From a bacterium (GTDB taxonomy: Bacteria; Electryoneota; Electryoneia; Electryoneales; Electryoneaceae), in the NCBI GenBank assembly GCA_963675295.2, contig CAXXKJ010000002.1, forward strand, positions 64,001 to 128,000: DNA of 64,000 nt. Direction: 5' to 3'. Below, piece after piece: positions 10,489 through 20,689 of this stretch (within the stretch, counting starts at the first letter, position 1; every line of letters starts with the position of its first letter). A program made the position numbers and the translations under genes. The notes beneath the pieces were generated by a model that searched no databases, was not told where the DNA came from, and saw only the letters and a program-made list of their open reading frames with translations.

Positions 10489-11046
10489 TTAGTAGACGAA
10501 GATCCGCACGCCGAGCTGGAGACCGAACTTGTTGCCGGTGATCCAGTCATCTTCATACTTGTCGTAGAAGTGCAGCTCGTAGTAGAGACCGCCGGTCACG
10601 CCAACATTCTGGTTCAGCAGGTACATGTACCCGCCGCCGAGTTCGGTGGCGACATGGGTCTCATTGAAGCTGCCACGGCTGGCTGTGTCGTAAAACAGTC
10701 CACCCAACGAAACACGCGCCTGCACATAGGGATAACCCGGGCCGTACTGCTTGAAATAATAGCCAATGCGCGGGCCGAGCTCAATCTCGAACAAGCTGTA
10801 GTTGGCGTAATCTTCAACGTTGAGGTTGAAATATGCGCCCAACGTCGTGTTGTGGTTCAGGAAAATGGCAAAGTGCGGACGAAAATCATACTGGTAGAAA
10901 CCTTCCTGGCTTTCGTCCCCAGACCAGACATCCCCACCACGGTTTTCGAAGCCTGTGCCTCCGCCAAACTCGATCACGGTTGCTTCCGCGTGTTGCACGG
11001 AAAAGACCATCATCAACGCAAGCACCACCCAGGCCAACTTTTTCAT
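10489..11046 (-). CDS. Outer-membrane beta-barrel protein (small, OmpA-like transmembrane domain)
   Basis: Signal peptide MKKLAWVVLAL...AEA; amphipathic aromatic-rich strands; C-terminus GLQLGVRIFVY. Confidence 0.72.
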   Translation of the reverse strand: MKKLAWVVLALMMVFSVQHAEATVIEFGGGTGFENRGGDVWSGDESQEGFYQYDFRPHFAIFLNHNTTLGAYFNLNVEDYANYSLFEIELGPRIGYYFKQYGPGYPYVQARVSLGGLFYDTASRGSFNETHVATELGGGYMYLLNQNVGVTGGLYYELHFYDKYEDDWITGNKFGLQLGVRIFVY

Positions 11047-11275
11047 CTCTCGCTCCTCGTTCCGACGGGTCATGGAGAGCGTATACAGGTTCTGGACAAC
11101 CGTCCTGGAATACCGACCCAACCATTGACGCAAAAATAGGTTGCTCAGCTGAAAAAATCTACTCTTAATCGCAGGGGAGTTCTTCCCCCTGTGCTGCCGT
11201 ACTTCCAACCAAACTTACCAAGTATAACTATTATCTGTGCCGAGCGCAGTATCCGTCGCGAGACGGATCGCTCGC

Positions 11276-12322
11276 CTACTCTCCGTAAAAATCTTTGAAC
11301 CAATCGACAAATCTCGGGATGCCTTCCTCCAGCGTAATTCCCGGCGAATAGCCGACATCGCGCTTCAGGTCCTCCACATTCGCGAAGGTCGATTTGACAT
11401 CTCCGGGCTGCATCGGCTCGAGCTTCACCTCAGTCGTCTTGCCCATCGATTCTTCAATCAGCTCGAGGAATCGCCGCAAATTGACCGGTCTCCCCGCGCC
11501 GATATTGTACACCCGATAGGGAGCCGGACTGGAGCCCGGATCCGGGTCGTCACCATTCCATGCACGGTTTGGTGACGGAATGTGATCGAGTGCGGCGACC
11601 GTTCCGGCGGCGATATCGTCCACGTACGTGAAGTCCCGTTCCATGTCGCCGTGGTTGTACAAACTGAGCGGATCGCCGTTCTGAATCGCCTTGCAGAATT
11701 TAACCGGCGCCATGTCCGGCCGTCCCCACGGACCATACACCGTGAAGTACCGCAATCCGGTCACCGGCAGCCGGAACAGATGTGCGTACGAGTGCGCGAT
11801 CAGCTCGTTCGACTTCTTCGTCGCGGCATACAGGCTGATCGGATGATCGACGTTGTCGTGCACCGTGAACGGCATCTTTGTGTTCATGCCGTACACCGAG
11901 CTCGACGACGCGAACACGAGGTGATCAACCCTTGTCTGTCGGCAGGCCTCGAGCACGTTGAAAAAACCGATCACATTGGCGTCGATGTACGCCTGCGGGT
12001 TCTCAATCGAATAGCGCACACCCGGCTGGGCGGCAAGGTGGATCACACGACGGAACTTGTGTTCGGCGAACAACCCGTTCACCGTATCGGCATCCCGCAG
12101 GTCGCCCTTAACAAACGTGAAGCCGTTCAGCTTCTGCAGCTCGGCGACACGAGCTTCCTTCAGCGCGACATCGTAGTACGGATTCAGGTTATCAATGCCA
12201 ACAACCACCCGTCCCGCTTCCAGCAGTTGGCGCGAAACGTGGTAGCCGATGAATCCGGCGCTCCCGGTGACGAGCACCGGCGCGGTGTGTTGTGAAGCAG
12301 ACGTGTTGGCTTCGCTGGTCAT
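11276..12322 (-). CDS. UDP-glucuronate 4-epimerase (extended SDR, CapI/WcaG-like)
   Basis: TGSAGFIG, HLAAQPGVRYSIENP, ASSSSVYG, YAATKK, FTVYGPWGRPDMA, RDFTYVDDI. Confidence 0.92.
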   Translation of the reverse strand: MTSEANTSASQHTAPVLVTGSAGFIGYHVSRQLLEAGRVVVGIDNLNPYYDVALKEARVAELQKLNGFTFVKGDLRDADTVNGLFAEHKFRRVIHLAAQPGVRYSIENPQAYIDANVIGFFNVLEACRQTRVDHLVFASSSSVYGMNTKMPFTVHDNVDHPISLYAATKKSNELIAHSYAHLFRLPVTGLRYFTVYGPWGRPDMAPVKFCKAIQNGDPLSLYNHGDMERDFTYVDDIAAGTVAALDHIPSPNRAWNGDDPDPGSSPAPYRVYNIGAGRPVNLRRFLELIEESMGKTTEVKLEPMQPGDVKSTFANVEDLKRDVGYSPGITLEEGIPRFVDWFKDFYGE

Positions 12323-12484
12323 CAGCCGTTGTTGTTGGTCTTCCCCATGCCACATGTGCCCCTGATGGCTCCGCCAGCAGGGCTTATCCGTCAATCAATC
12401 AGCTGTCTGCCCCGACCAGCTTGCTGGTCGGGCTTATCCGTCAATCAACCCACCGCCCGCAAACCGCAGCCCATTGCCTACAGC

Positions 12485-13900
12485 CTACAGAAACACCACT
12501 TTCGCCTTCACATCACCCGCCTTGTCCACCAGGATGTTGCGGGTATCGAACACCACGGACGCATGTTCCATGATCATGTCATAATCGACATTTTGTTTGT
12601 GTCCTGTGGTGATGATGATCAAATCCTGCTCCGCGAGCGTCTCCGGAGTCAACGGTGTCGATTCGACCATCCCGCTGTCTTCCATCTTCGCTTTCGGGCA
12701 ATACGGGTCGTGGTAGCTCATCACCGCGCCGCGTCGTTCCAGCAGCATGTACACATCCAGCGCCGGCGATTCACGCAGATCGTCGATGTCGTTCTTGTAC
12801 GCCATCCCGATCAGCATGATTTTCGAGCCGTTGAGCGGCTTCTTCTCGTCGTTCAGCAGCGCGCCCGCGCGGTTGACCACCCAGCGCGGCATGTCGGTGT
12901 TGATCTCGGTCGCGAGGTCAATGAAGCGGGTCTTGTATTCCATTGACCGCATTTTCCACGCGAGGTAGCTCGGGTCGATCGGGATGCAGTGCCCGCCCAA
13001 TCCCGGACCGGGGTAGAATGGCATGAAGCCGAACGGTTTCGTCGCGGCGGCGTCGATGATCTCCCACACATTCACTTCGAGCAGGTGGCAGATGATCGCG
13101 AGTTCATTGACCAGGCCGATGTTGATCGCGCGGAAGGTGTTTTCGTACAGCTTGACCATTTCCGCGGCGGTGGTCGAACTCAGCGGCACCGGCTTGTCCA
13201 CGATCTGCCCGTAAAACGTTGTCGCGATCTCAGTGCAGGCCGCGGTTACGCCACCCACCACCTTCGGCGTATTTTTCGGGCCGTGGGTTGCGTTCCCCGG
13301 GTCGATGCGTTCCGGGCTGAACGCGACAAAGATGTCCTCGCCGATCGTAAGGCCGGCCTCTTCGACCGCCGGAACGAACAGATCTTCGGTGGTGCCGGGG
13401 TACGTCGTCGATTCCAGCGAGATCAGCATGCCGGGATGCAGATGTTTTTTCATCGCGGTCAACGCGCTGACCACGAAGCTGAGGTCAGGGTCGCCGGTCT
13501 TGACCAGCGGAGTCGGCACGGTGATCAGGACAACGTCCAGCTCGCGCACGATGGCGTAGTCAGTGGTCGCGTCCAGCTTGCCGGCGTCCACATGCTTCTT
13601 CGCGGCGTTGGCGGGCACATCCTGGATGTAGCTTTCGCCACGGTTGATCTGGTCGACCCGGCGGCTGTCAACTTCGATACCGGTGACATGAAAGCCGGCG
13701 TCCGCGGTGATCTCGGCCATCGGATAGCCGACATAGCCCATACCAATGATCCCGACACGGGCGGTGCGGGCTTCGATCCGATCTTTCAGAGTCCTGGCAT
13801 GTGTCGAAAGCACGGCGGTACCGGCTTGAAAGGGAGCAGCGAACGATGCGCCGCTGGCCGTGGCCCGCGCACCGGTGCTGACATCGGCGACCATCTTCAT
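12485..13900 (-). CDS. UDP-N-acetyl-D-glucosamine 6-dehydrogenase (WbpA/WecC family)
   Basis: GMGYVGYP, VPTP, ESTTYPGTTE, SPERIDPGN, KLYENTFRAINI, GGHCIPIDP, AYKNDIDDLRESPAL. Start 13900 or 13894. Confidence 0.92.
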   Translation of the reverse strand: MKMVADVSTGARATASGASFAAPFQAGTAVLSTHARTLKDRIEARTARVGIIGMGYVGYPMAEITADAGFHVTGIEVDSRRVDQINRGESYIQDVPANAAKKHVDAGKLDATTDYAIVRELDVVLITVPTPLVKTGDPDLSFVVSALTAMKKHLHPGMLISLESTTYPGTTEDLFVPAVEEAGLTIGEDIFVAFSPERIDPGNATHGPKNTPKVVGGVTAACTEIATTFYGQIVDKPVPLSSTTAAEMVKLYENTFRAINIGLVNELAIICHLLEVNVWEIIDAAATKPFGFMPFYPGPGLGGHCIPIDPSYLAWKMRSMEYKTRFIDLATEINTDMPRWVVNRAGALLNDEKKPLNGSKIMLIGMAYKNDIDDLRESPALDVYMLLERRGAVMSYHDPYCPKAKMEDSGMVESTPLTPETLAEQDLIIITTGHKQNVDYDMIMEHASVVFDTRNILVDKAGDVKAKVVFL

Positions 13901-14083
13901 CAGTGATGTCTCAACTGGCTGAGGGTTGATGCAAAAGGTTTGCCGTCCGCGCCAACGTGGTTTCGCGACACGAAATCCACGCCTCGACGGCAAGGGACCG
14001 GGGAATGTAGGGCGCTGGAACGATAGACACAACCAGCCGCCGGGGTAGTTCGTCCTCCTGAGACATGGCTAACACCGCGGACG

Positions 14084-16363
14084 TCACCTCCCCATCGGGG
14101 GTTCATCGCCGCGGCGGAACAGTTCGGTGTAGACATCGGCGCTGAGCGGGCCCGCGCGCATGCCGGTTTCACGGTCGATCTGGACTTCGACCACACCCAC
14201 CGGCAGCTCGAAGTCGTCGTACGGATATTGTTTCGCCTCGTACGCCCATTTCATGTACCGTGCCCAGATCGGCAATGCCGCCACCGACCCAGCCTGTCCC
14301 GGTCCGAGGCTGACCTTCGGATCGTCGAACCCGACCCAGACCACGGTCACCAGGTACGGTGTGAACCCGGCAAACCAGGCATTATTGAAGTTGTTCGTGG
14401 TGCCGGTCTTGCCACCGGCCGGCGCGTAGAAACCGTATTTCCACCGTGCCGACCCGCCGGTGCCGCGATTGATCACATCCTCGAGCATGTTGGTCATGAT
14501 CGCGGCGGTTTCCTCGCTAAGCACGGCGTCCCGTTCCACCGGAACGTTGAGGATTTCCTGCCCGTTCTTGTCGTCGATCCGCTTGATCGCGCGCGGGGTA
14601 ACCCGTGTCCCGCCGGTCGCGAAGACGCCGTAGGCCGTGACCACGTCCAGCGGGATGACGTCATTCGCGCCCAACGCCACGGCTGGATACGGCTGAAGCT
14701 CCGTTCGAATCCCCATCCGGTGCGCGGTCTGGATTACTGCCTTGATCGGGATGACGCGCTCGTCGCCTGCGACCATGCGCACAGTCACGTTGTTCAGCGA
14801 CCGTTTCAGCGCCTCGCGCATGGTGACATATTCGCCACGGTTGGTGATGTCGTAATTTTCCGGCCGCCACCAGGTACCATCATCCAATAGAACCGGCTGC
14901 ACCATATTGAGTACGCGATGATTACCGTAAATACCGTTATCGACAGCAGTTGCGTATACAAATGGTTTAAAGACCGACCCCGGCTGACGTGCAGCCTGCA
15001 CTGCGCGGTTGTACTTCGACTCCCGGAAATCGCGTCCTCCGATCATCGCCAGCACATCCCCGGTTTTCGGGTCCATCGACACCAGCGCGACCTGCACCTG
15101 GAACCGTTCGTGAATGATCGAATCGACCAGCGCGCTGTCCCGCATCGCGCGTGACGCCAGTAGTTTCGCCGAATCGGTCAACGCCTCCTCGTACAACAGG
15201 CTGTCCATGCCGGGATGCCGCTCGGCGAATCCACCCGCGAGCAGCGAATCGCGGTTCTGCGCGGTGAGGTGATCGTGCACATACCCCCGCGCTCGTGTCG
15301 CCTCGAAGGTCGCCTGCCATTGTACCAGGTGGGAGTCCACCGCCGCTTCGGCCAGCCGTTGCAGGGTGGAATCCAGCGTGGTGTGAACCGTCAGTCCGTC
15401 CCGGTAGTAATCGAACCCGTATTTCGTTTCCATTTCTTCCAGCTGACGCCGCACCCATTCGGTGAAGTGCGGGCCGGTGCCGAGCTGGTCTTCGCTCGCC
15501 TCACCGAGTACGACCTCACTGGCGGAAGCAGCACGGTAGGTCGCAGCGTCGATGTACCCGGCATCCCGCATCATCGACAGCACGACATTCCGCCGCTGCT
15601 TCGCCTTGTCCGGGTAGCGCAACGGGGTATAGTTGTTCGGCGCCTTCAAAAGGCCCACGATCAACGCCGCCTCCGGCAGGTTCAGTTCGCTGGCGGACTT
15701 GTTGAAGTACAGCCGTGCCGCCGCTTCCGCACCGTATGCCCCGTGCCCGAAGTACATCTGCGTGAAGTACATCGTGAGGATTTCGTCCTTGGCGTACGTG
15801 CGCTCGATCTGCACGGCGGTAATCGCCTCGCGGATCTTCCGTTCCCACGTCTGCCGCAGGTGCAGGTGCAAATTGCGGGCGAGCTGCTGGGTCAGGGTGG
15901 ACGCACCTTGTTCGGTGGACATGCTGCTCAGGTTGACAACCGCCGCGCGCAGAATGCCCAGTGGGTCCACGCCCCAGTGCTTGTAAAAACGCTGGTCCTC
16001 GGTGGCGAGCACGGCGTCCACGAGATGTGGCGACAGCGAGTCGAGCGGCACCACGACACGCCGTTCGGTGTAGAATTCCTTCAGCGGACGATCATCCCGG
16101 TCGAGCACCTTGGTCACCAGCCGCGGCTCGTAGGTTTCGAGCTGCTGCAGGCTGGGCAGATCGGTGGAAAACGCGCGGATGATGAGCAGCAGGACGATCA
16201 GTCCGGCGAATGCGACGGAAAGCCCGTAGATCGCTACGCGTTTGAACGACGCGGTGCGGAAATGCAGCAGAAATTTGCGCAGAATGTTACTCGAGGATTT
16301 CTTTTTCTTCGGAGGAGCCACATCGCGTGGCTTGCGTGGTTCCTGTCCCTCAGCACGGCTCAT
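14084..16363 (-). CDS. mrcA: Class A penicillin-binding protein 1A (transglycosylase-transpeptidase)
   Basis: EDQRFYKHWG, GASTLTQQLARN, RKIRE; transpeptidase motifs SVFK (SxxK), SLN (SxN), KTGT. Confidence 0.9.
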   Translation of the reverse strand: MSRAEGQEPRKPRDVAPPKKKKSSSNILRKFLLHFRTASFKRVAIYGLSVAFAGLIVLLLIIRAFSTDLPSLQQLETYEPRLVTKVLDRDDRPLKEFYTERRVVVPLDSLSPHLVDAVLATEDQRFYKHWGVDPLGILRAAVVNLSSMSTEQGASTLTQQLARNLHLHLRQTWERKIREAITAVQIERTYAKDEILTMYFTQMYFGHGAYGAEAAARLYFNKSASELNLPEAALIVGLLKAPNNYTPLRYPDKAKQRRNVVLSMMRDAGYIDAATYRAASASEVVLGEASEDQLGTGPHFTEWVRRQLEEMETKYGFDYYRDGLTVHTTLDSTLQRLAEAAVDSHLVQWQATFEATRARGYVHDHLTAQNRDSLLAGGFAERHPGMDSLLYEEALTDSAKLLASRAMRDSALVDSIIHERFQVQVALVSMDPKTGDVLAMIGGRDFRESKYNRAVQAARQPGSVFKPFVYATAVDNGIYGNHRVLNMVQPVLLDDGTWWRPENYDITNRGEYVTMREALKRSLNNVTVRMVAGDERVIPIKAVIQTAHRMGIRTELQPYPAVALGANDVIPLDVVTAYGVFATGGTRVTPRAIKRIDDKNGQEILNVPVERDAVLSEETAAIMTNMLEDVINRGTGGSARWKYGFYAPAGGKTGTTNNFNNAWFAGFTPYLVTVVWVGFDDPKVSLGPGQAGSVAALPIWARYMKWAYEAKQYPYDDFELPVGVVEVQIDRETGMRAGPLSADVYTELFRRGDEPPMGR

Positions 16364-17106
16364 TCGTCTACCTCGGATCGCGGCAGTCCGCCTTCAATCA
16401 GGCCGTAGCGGCTTTCTTCCATGTACGGCCCCGGGTTGAAGAAGAAGCCACCGTCGATGTCTTCGAGAAACATCTGGTGGATGTGTCCGATCACGACCAC
16501 GTCGTGACCGTTTCGCAAAATGGCGCGTGCGGTTGACCGGTATTCCCTGCGCACCGGCAGCTCGCCTTCGTCGGTGTGGTTCTTGTCACCACCGAGCGCG
16601 CTGGCCCATTTGCCAATTTGCATCGCGAGATCGGGATGGATAACGCTGCCGAACAACCGTTGCACCACCCTGTTTCGGAACACGGCCTTCATGCGCCGAT
16701 AGTTCCGGTCGCTCTCCGCGAACCCGTCTCCGTGGTGGAAATAGTAGCGGCGGCCATCCAGTGTGATGGTCCACTCATCCAGGTGTGTCTCCGCGCCCAC
16801 ATACTTGCGCAGAAACCGGCCTAACTTAAAGTCGTGATTCCCCGCAAAAATATGCACCGGGATCCCAGAGCGCGTCAGATCGTGTAACAGAGACAGCAAC
16901 GGGAACGCTCGCTTGGGAACAACGTGTACCCACTCGAACCAGAAGTCGAACGTGTCACCGAGTAGCACCAGCATGCCGAGCGTGTCTCGATAGCGCTCGA
17001 TCAATTGGGTCATCCGTGCCAACTCGGCGTCCGCGCCTGGACGCCCATCCAACGGAACATGCGCATCCGCGATGATCAGCACTCGATTTTCGGGGGAGGT
17101 TTTCAT
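16360..17106 (-). CDS. lpxH: UDP-2,3-diacylglucosamine diphosphatase (calcineurin-like)
   Basis: IADAHV, LGDTFDFWFE, GNHDF, HGDG, GHIH motifs. Confidence 0.8.
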   Translation of the reverse strand: MKTSPENRVLIIADAHVPLDGRPGADAELARMTQLIERYRDTLGMLVLLGDTFDFWFEWVHVVPKRAFPLLSLLHDLTRSGIPVHIFAGNHDFKLGRFLRKYVGAETHLDEWTITLDGRRYYFHHGDGFAESDRNYRRMKAVFRNRVVQRLFGSVIHPDLAMQIGKWASALGGDKNHTDEGELPVRREYRSTARAILRNGHDVVVIGHIHQMFLEDIDGGFFFNPGPYMEESRYGLIEGGLPRSEVDE

Positions 17107-17313
17107 GCCTGAATCTCGAACGTTGGTCCGTGCGTCACAAGCACGTTTCAGGATTGGGGAGCAAGGTAAGAGCACGAGTCCAGTCGTGCTTGCGCCACCC
17201 TGAGAGACAAGCTATGTTATTCTTATGATTTTGACACTCAACCTTGTTACTACGTAGTAGCATGGGTTCATAGCACGAAGAGATTCACGTAGTATTGTTT
17301 AAGGAGGAAGTAC

Positions 17314-19827
17314 ATGAGTACACGAGCATGGTTCACATTTGCACTGGCTCTGATTTTCGTTACGGGGACAGCGTTCGCCGTGACGCCGGTGGAAAATCAC
17401 CGAACCCAGCTGGCCAAGGAAGACGCGCCGGTTGTAAACAACGAACTCGACGAAGTCGTCTACATGGAAGACTTCGAAGGTGATGTCAGCGACTGGGTTC
17501 CGACCAGCCCGGACATTCAGGATGTGTACTGGCAGACGGACGATTGGACTCCGTACGCGGGGACCAATGCATGGCGCTGCTTCAGCCCGGACTATGGCAG
17601 CCCGGATTTTGGTGGGTACAGCGATGACTGGCTGCAGCTGATGCTGTCGCCGGCGATGGACCTGTCGTCCGCGTCCAGCGTAGACTTCAGCTTCCAGTTC
17701 CGCGTCAACGCCGAAGCGGGTGACTGGGACGGCGGCAACGTCTGGGTATTTTACGGCAACAGCCCGGACGACCTGACGAAGGAACTCGCGACTCCGGCCA
17801 GCCCGGCGTACAACGCGGCTGACCTGAATGCCTTCATCCTGTGGTTTGGTGAAGACCAGGACTGGCCCGGCTGGAATGGCCAGGGCGCAGAAACATTCAA
17901 CACCGACTACGTTGAAGCGACGTTCGACCTGTCGGACTACACCGGCTACAGCGTGGTTCACGTTGTGATCGCATTCTCGACGGACGGTGGCTACAACTCC
18001 GGTGACGATCCGAACATGTTTGGTTTCCAGGTTGATGACATTGTCCTCGACGTGGACGGCAGCACGGTGTGGGCGGATGACGCCGACGGCAACAACATCG
18101 GTGGTGCCCCGACCTTCATGACCGGCGCGGAAGCTGCCGGCCAGGATGTGCTCCCGTACCAGTGGGAAATCGCGGAAGCGACCGGCTCCTATGCCAATCC
18201 GCCGTCCCCGACGCACATCGCGGGCGTGTTGCAGGATGCGAACACCGCGTTCGACCAGTACCTCGAAGGTCCGGAATTCACGATGCCGGAGGTCGGCCCG
18301 GGCGAAACCCTGTGGCTTGACTGCTACTTCAACAGCGACATTGAATACACCGACAATTTCCCGGATGAATTGGCCTGGCGTCCCGAGGTCTGGGATCCGT
18401 CTACCAGCAGTTGGGTTCCGCCTGCAACCACCGGCAACTATGTTTACGTTGGCGGCAACGAATCCACGTGGGAAATGTTCTCCACGGCCGGGTATACCTA
18501 CGACTGGGACCTGACGTATCTCGCCGGTGAAGAAGGTGTCCGTTTGCGCCTCTACTTCACGTCTCCGGATGTGGATCGCACGATGACCCATCACGCGGTT
18601 GACGATCTGTTTATCGTGAAGAACTCGCTGCAGCATGACCTCGCAACGCAGCTGGTCATGCCGTACCCGACTACCGTTGGTGTTGCCAATTTTGGCAAGG
18701 TGTACCTGACCAACAACGGTCCGAACGAAGAAACCGGTTTCAACGCGGTTTGGAGCTACGGCGGTCTTGTTTATCCGCTCTTCCCGGCAGGTCTGTACAC
18801 ACTTGGCGCTGGTGACACGATGCAGCTGTCGATCAACGACCCGACCGACCCCGATCACGAAGGTTATCTCGTGCCGGAGACTGAAGGTGCGATCACCGTT
18901 GATGCGTACCACACGATGGCCAACGATGAAATCCCGGACAACGATAACTCCACCGCGCAGATCGACATTCTCGCGGAAGGCATGTACGAAGTCGGTATGG
19001 ACACGCGAGTGACCAACGGCCTCGTGTCGGTTGCCCAGGAGAACGACGGTCCCCTGGTTCACATTGATCCGGCGGAAGCAAACGGCAGCCTGTTCAGCAA
19101 CTACTTCGACAACTGGGATCTCCAGTACATTAATGCGTGGGTGACCTACCACGGCGCCGCGAACGGTGCGCCGGCGAACCCGCAGATGACCTTCAAGGTC
19201 TATGAAGGCGGTGCGACTCCGGGCGCGTTGATCTGGTCGGGCGATTACGTTTTTGACGGCGTCCAGCAGGGTGACACCGGCTCGTACCTCGTCAACTTTG
19301 ACGTCAGCGACGTCGCCCAGTTGCAGGACCTGACCGGCAGCTTCTACGTGCAGGCTGTGGTCACGCAGCTCGGTAACAACGGCGAGTATTACCAGCCGTT
19401 CATCGACCAGACCGCCGCCTACGATCCGTGGCAGCCGTACCAGTTCCAGAATATGGATAACGCGAGCGAAGGCACTTACGACATGGACAACGGTCATCAC
19501 ATCACCGTCACCATGTACCAGGATCCGGCGAGCGCGGAAGAGCTGACGGAAACCGGTATCCCGACCGAGTTCGCGCTGGGCCAGGCATACCCGAACCCGT
19601 TCAACCCGTCCACCACGATCAGCTTCAACGTGGCGGCGACGGGCAACGTCAGCCTCGTGGTCTACAACGTGATGGGCCAGGAAGTCGCACGCTTGGCGGA
19701 TCGTCAGTTCCAGCCGGGTACGTACAACGCGACCTTCAACGCTGCGGCGTTGTCCAGCGGCGTCTACTTTATCCGTATGGATGCTCCGGCCTTCAGCGCG
19801 GTGCAGAAGATCATGCTGATGAAGTAA
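17314..19827 (+). CDS. Secreted 837-aa acidic protein with a C-terminal T9SS-A/FlgD-like sorting domain; N-terminal region resembles MAM/InhA-type beta-sandwich domains
   Basis: SD AAGGAGG, signal peptide, DGGNV and GFQVDDI motifs, C-terminus AYPNPFNPSTTISF...SSGVYFIRM...QKIMLMK. Confidence 0.8.
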   Translation: MSTRAWFTFALALIFVTGTAFAVTPVENHRTQLAKEDAPVVNNELDEVVYMEDFEGDVSDWVPTSPDIQDVYWQTDDWTPYAGTNAWRCFSPDYGSPDFGGYSDDWLQLMLSPAMDLSSASSVDFSFQFRVNAEAGDWDGGNVWVFYGNSPDDLTKELATPASPAYNAADLNAFILWFGEDQDWPGWNGQGAETFNTDYVEATFDLSDYTGYSVVHVVIAFSTDGGYNSGDDPNMFGFQVDDIVLDVDGSTVWADDADGNNIGGAPTFMTGAEAAGQDVLPYQWEIAEATGSYANPPSPTHIAGVLQDANTAFDQYLEGPEFTMPEVGPGETLWLDCYFNSDIEYTDNFPDELAWRPEVWDPSTSSWVPPATTGNYVYVGGNESTWEMFSTAGYTYDWDLTYLAGEEGVRLRLYFTSPDVDRTMTHHAVDDLFIVKNSLQHDLATQLVMPYPTTVGVANFGKVYLTNNGPNEETGFNAVWSYGGLVYPLFPAGLYTLGAGDTMQLSINDPTDPDHEGYLVPETEGAITVDAYHTMANDEIPDNDNSTAQIDILAEGMYEVGMDTRVTNGLVSVAQENDGPLVHIDPAEANGSLFSNYFDNWDLQYINAWVTYHGAANGAPANPQMTFKVYEGGATPGALIWSGDYVFDGVQQGDTGSYLVNFDVSDVAQLQDLTGSFYVQAVVTQLGNNGEYYQPFIDQTAAYDPWQPYQFQNMDNASEGTYDMDNGHHITVTMYQDPASAEELTETGIPTEFALGQAYPNPFNPSTTISFNVAATGNVSLVVYNVMGQEVARLADRQFQPGTYNATFNAAALSSGVYFIRMDAPAFSAVQKIMLMK

Positions 19828-20436
19828 GTCAGTCGTGAGTCTTGAGACCTGAGTCTTGAGACAGGGACAGACAGAAACCTTAACGGGGACATGTTCCGAA
19901 CGAACGTGTCCCCGTTTTTGCGCTCTTTCCCGCATTGCAGAAATGCCAACTCGGCCGACCGCAGTCCGTAGCCAACAGCCCATAGCCAATAGCCCACTGC
20001 CTTTGACTCCTGAAACGAGTTCCTCATGGAGAGGAAACACACCGGCCTAGCTTTCCGCTTCGGTTCGGTGGAGGAGCCACACCACCTGAAGTTGAGGTGA
20101 TCCTGATCACGGAGCTGCTCATCGGCGGTGTACCTCGCGGCGTGTTTCAGAGAATGTTCAATCTCCAAATTCGTAATTCCACGCATCTTGTTTGAATCGC
20201 CGTTGGGACGCTGTGATCTCGCGTGAAAATCGTCCACAGGCCTCTCAAACTCGGATTCGCCGGGAAGCGAATCCACAGGCGGTTTTCAGCCACAGCTCAG
20301 GCTAAACCGCTGGAAAACCAGTGTGATGGGCGTCACTGGGTGATGCAAAACACAGCGATGGGGGTCGCGCAAAACGTATTGTATCCCGCGAGGGTTGAAA
20401 CAACGCAAACATGCCCCAGCGGGCGAGGAGGATGAG

Positions 20437-20562
20437 ATGGAAAACGTATTGTTGGTCTTGATCGGTTCGATGGGTATCGTCGGTGCGGTGCTGTTCATTG
20501 GCACGTTCTTTTACACGCACAAGGGCGGCATGAAGCGCGCCGATGTCCCGATTCCCGAATAG
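20437..20562 (+). CDS. Small single-TM peptide (41 aa, MENVLLVLIGSMGIVGAVLFIGTFFYTHKGGMKRADVPIPE)
   Basis: Strong SD GAGGAGG just upstream, one hydrophobic helix and a basic tail; below the ORF-track length cutoff. Confidence 0.55.
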   Translation: MENVLLVLIGSMGIVGAVLFIGTFFYTHKGGMKRADVPIPE

Positions 20563-20689
20563 AGTGTGGTGAAGTCGCACGCATGACGACCTCCACCTTC
20601 CCTACAGAATTCCCTGCAGAACGAACGTCCGGATGAGCCACCGGGCGTTCTTCTTTTATCACGGATAAGACTAGCGGTAGCAAACAAAG

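Noticed and set aside
13950-14060. JUMPStart/ops element ahead of the polysaccharide locus
   Set aside because: A hairpin is present (CGTGGTTTCG...CGAAATCCACG) but no GGCGGTAG ops sequence was found on the minus strand.
17299-20040. 913-aa minus-strand ORF, and similar long antisense ORFs such as 60934-63642, 5404-7089, 8549-10249, 40035-41570 and 44208-45770
   Set aside because: Shadow ORFs opposite well-supported genes, expected from high-GC codon bias; no recognisable motifs.
19764-20276. 170-aa minus-strand ORF
   Set aside because: Runs through heptamer repeats and overlaps the end of the plus-strand gene; no motif support.
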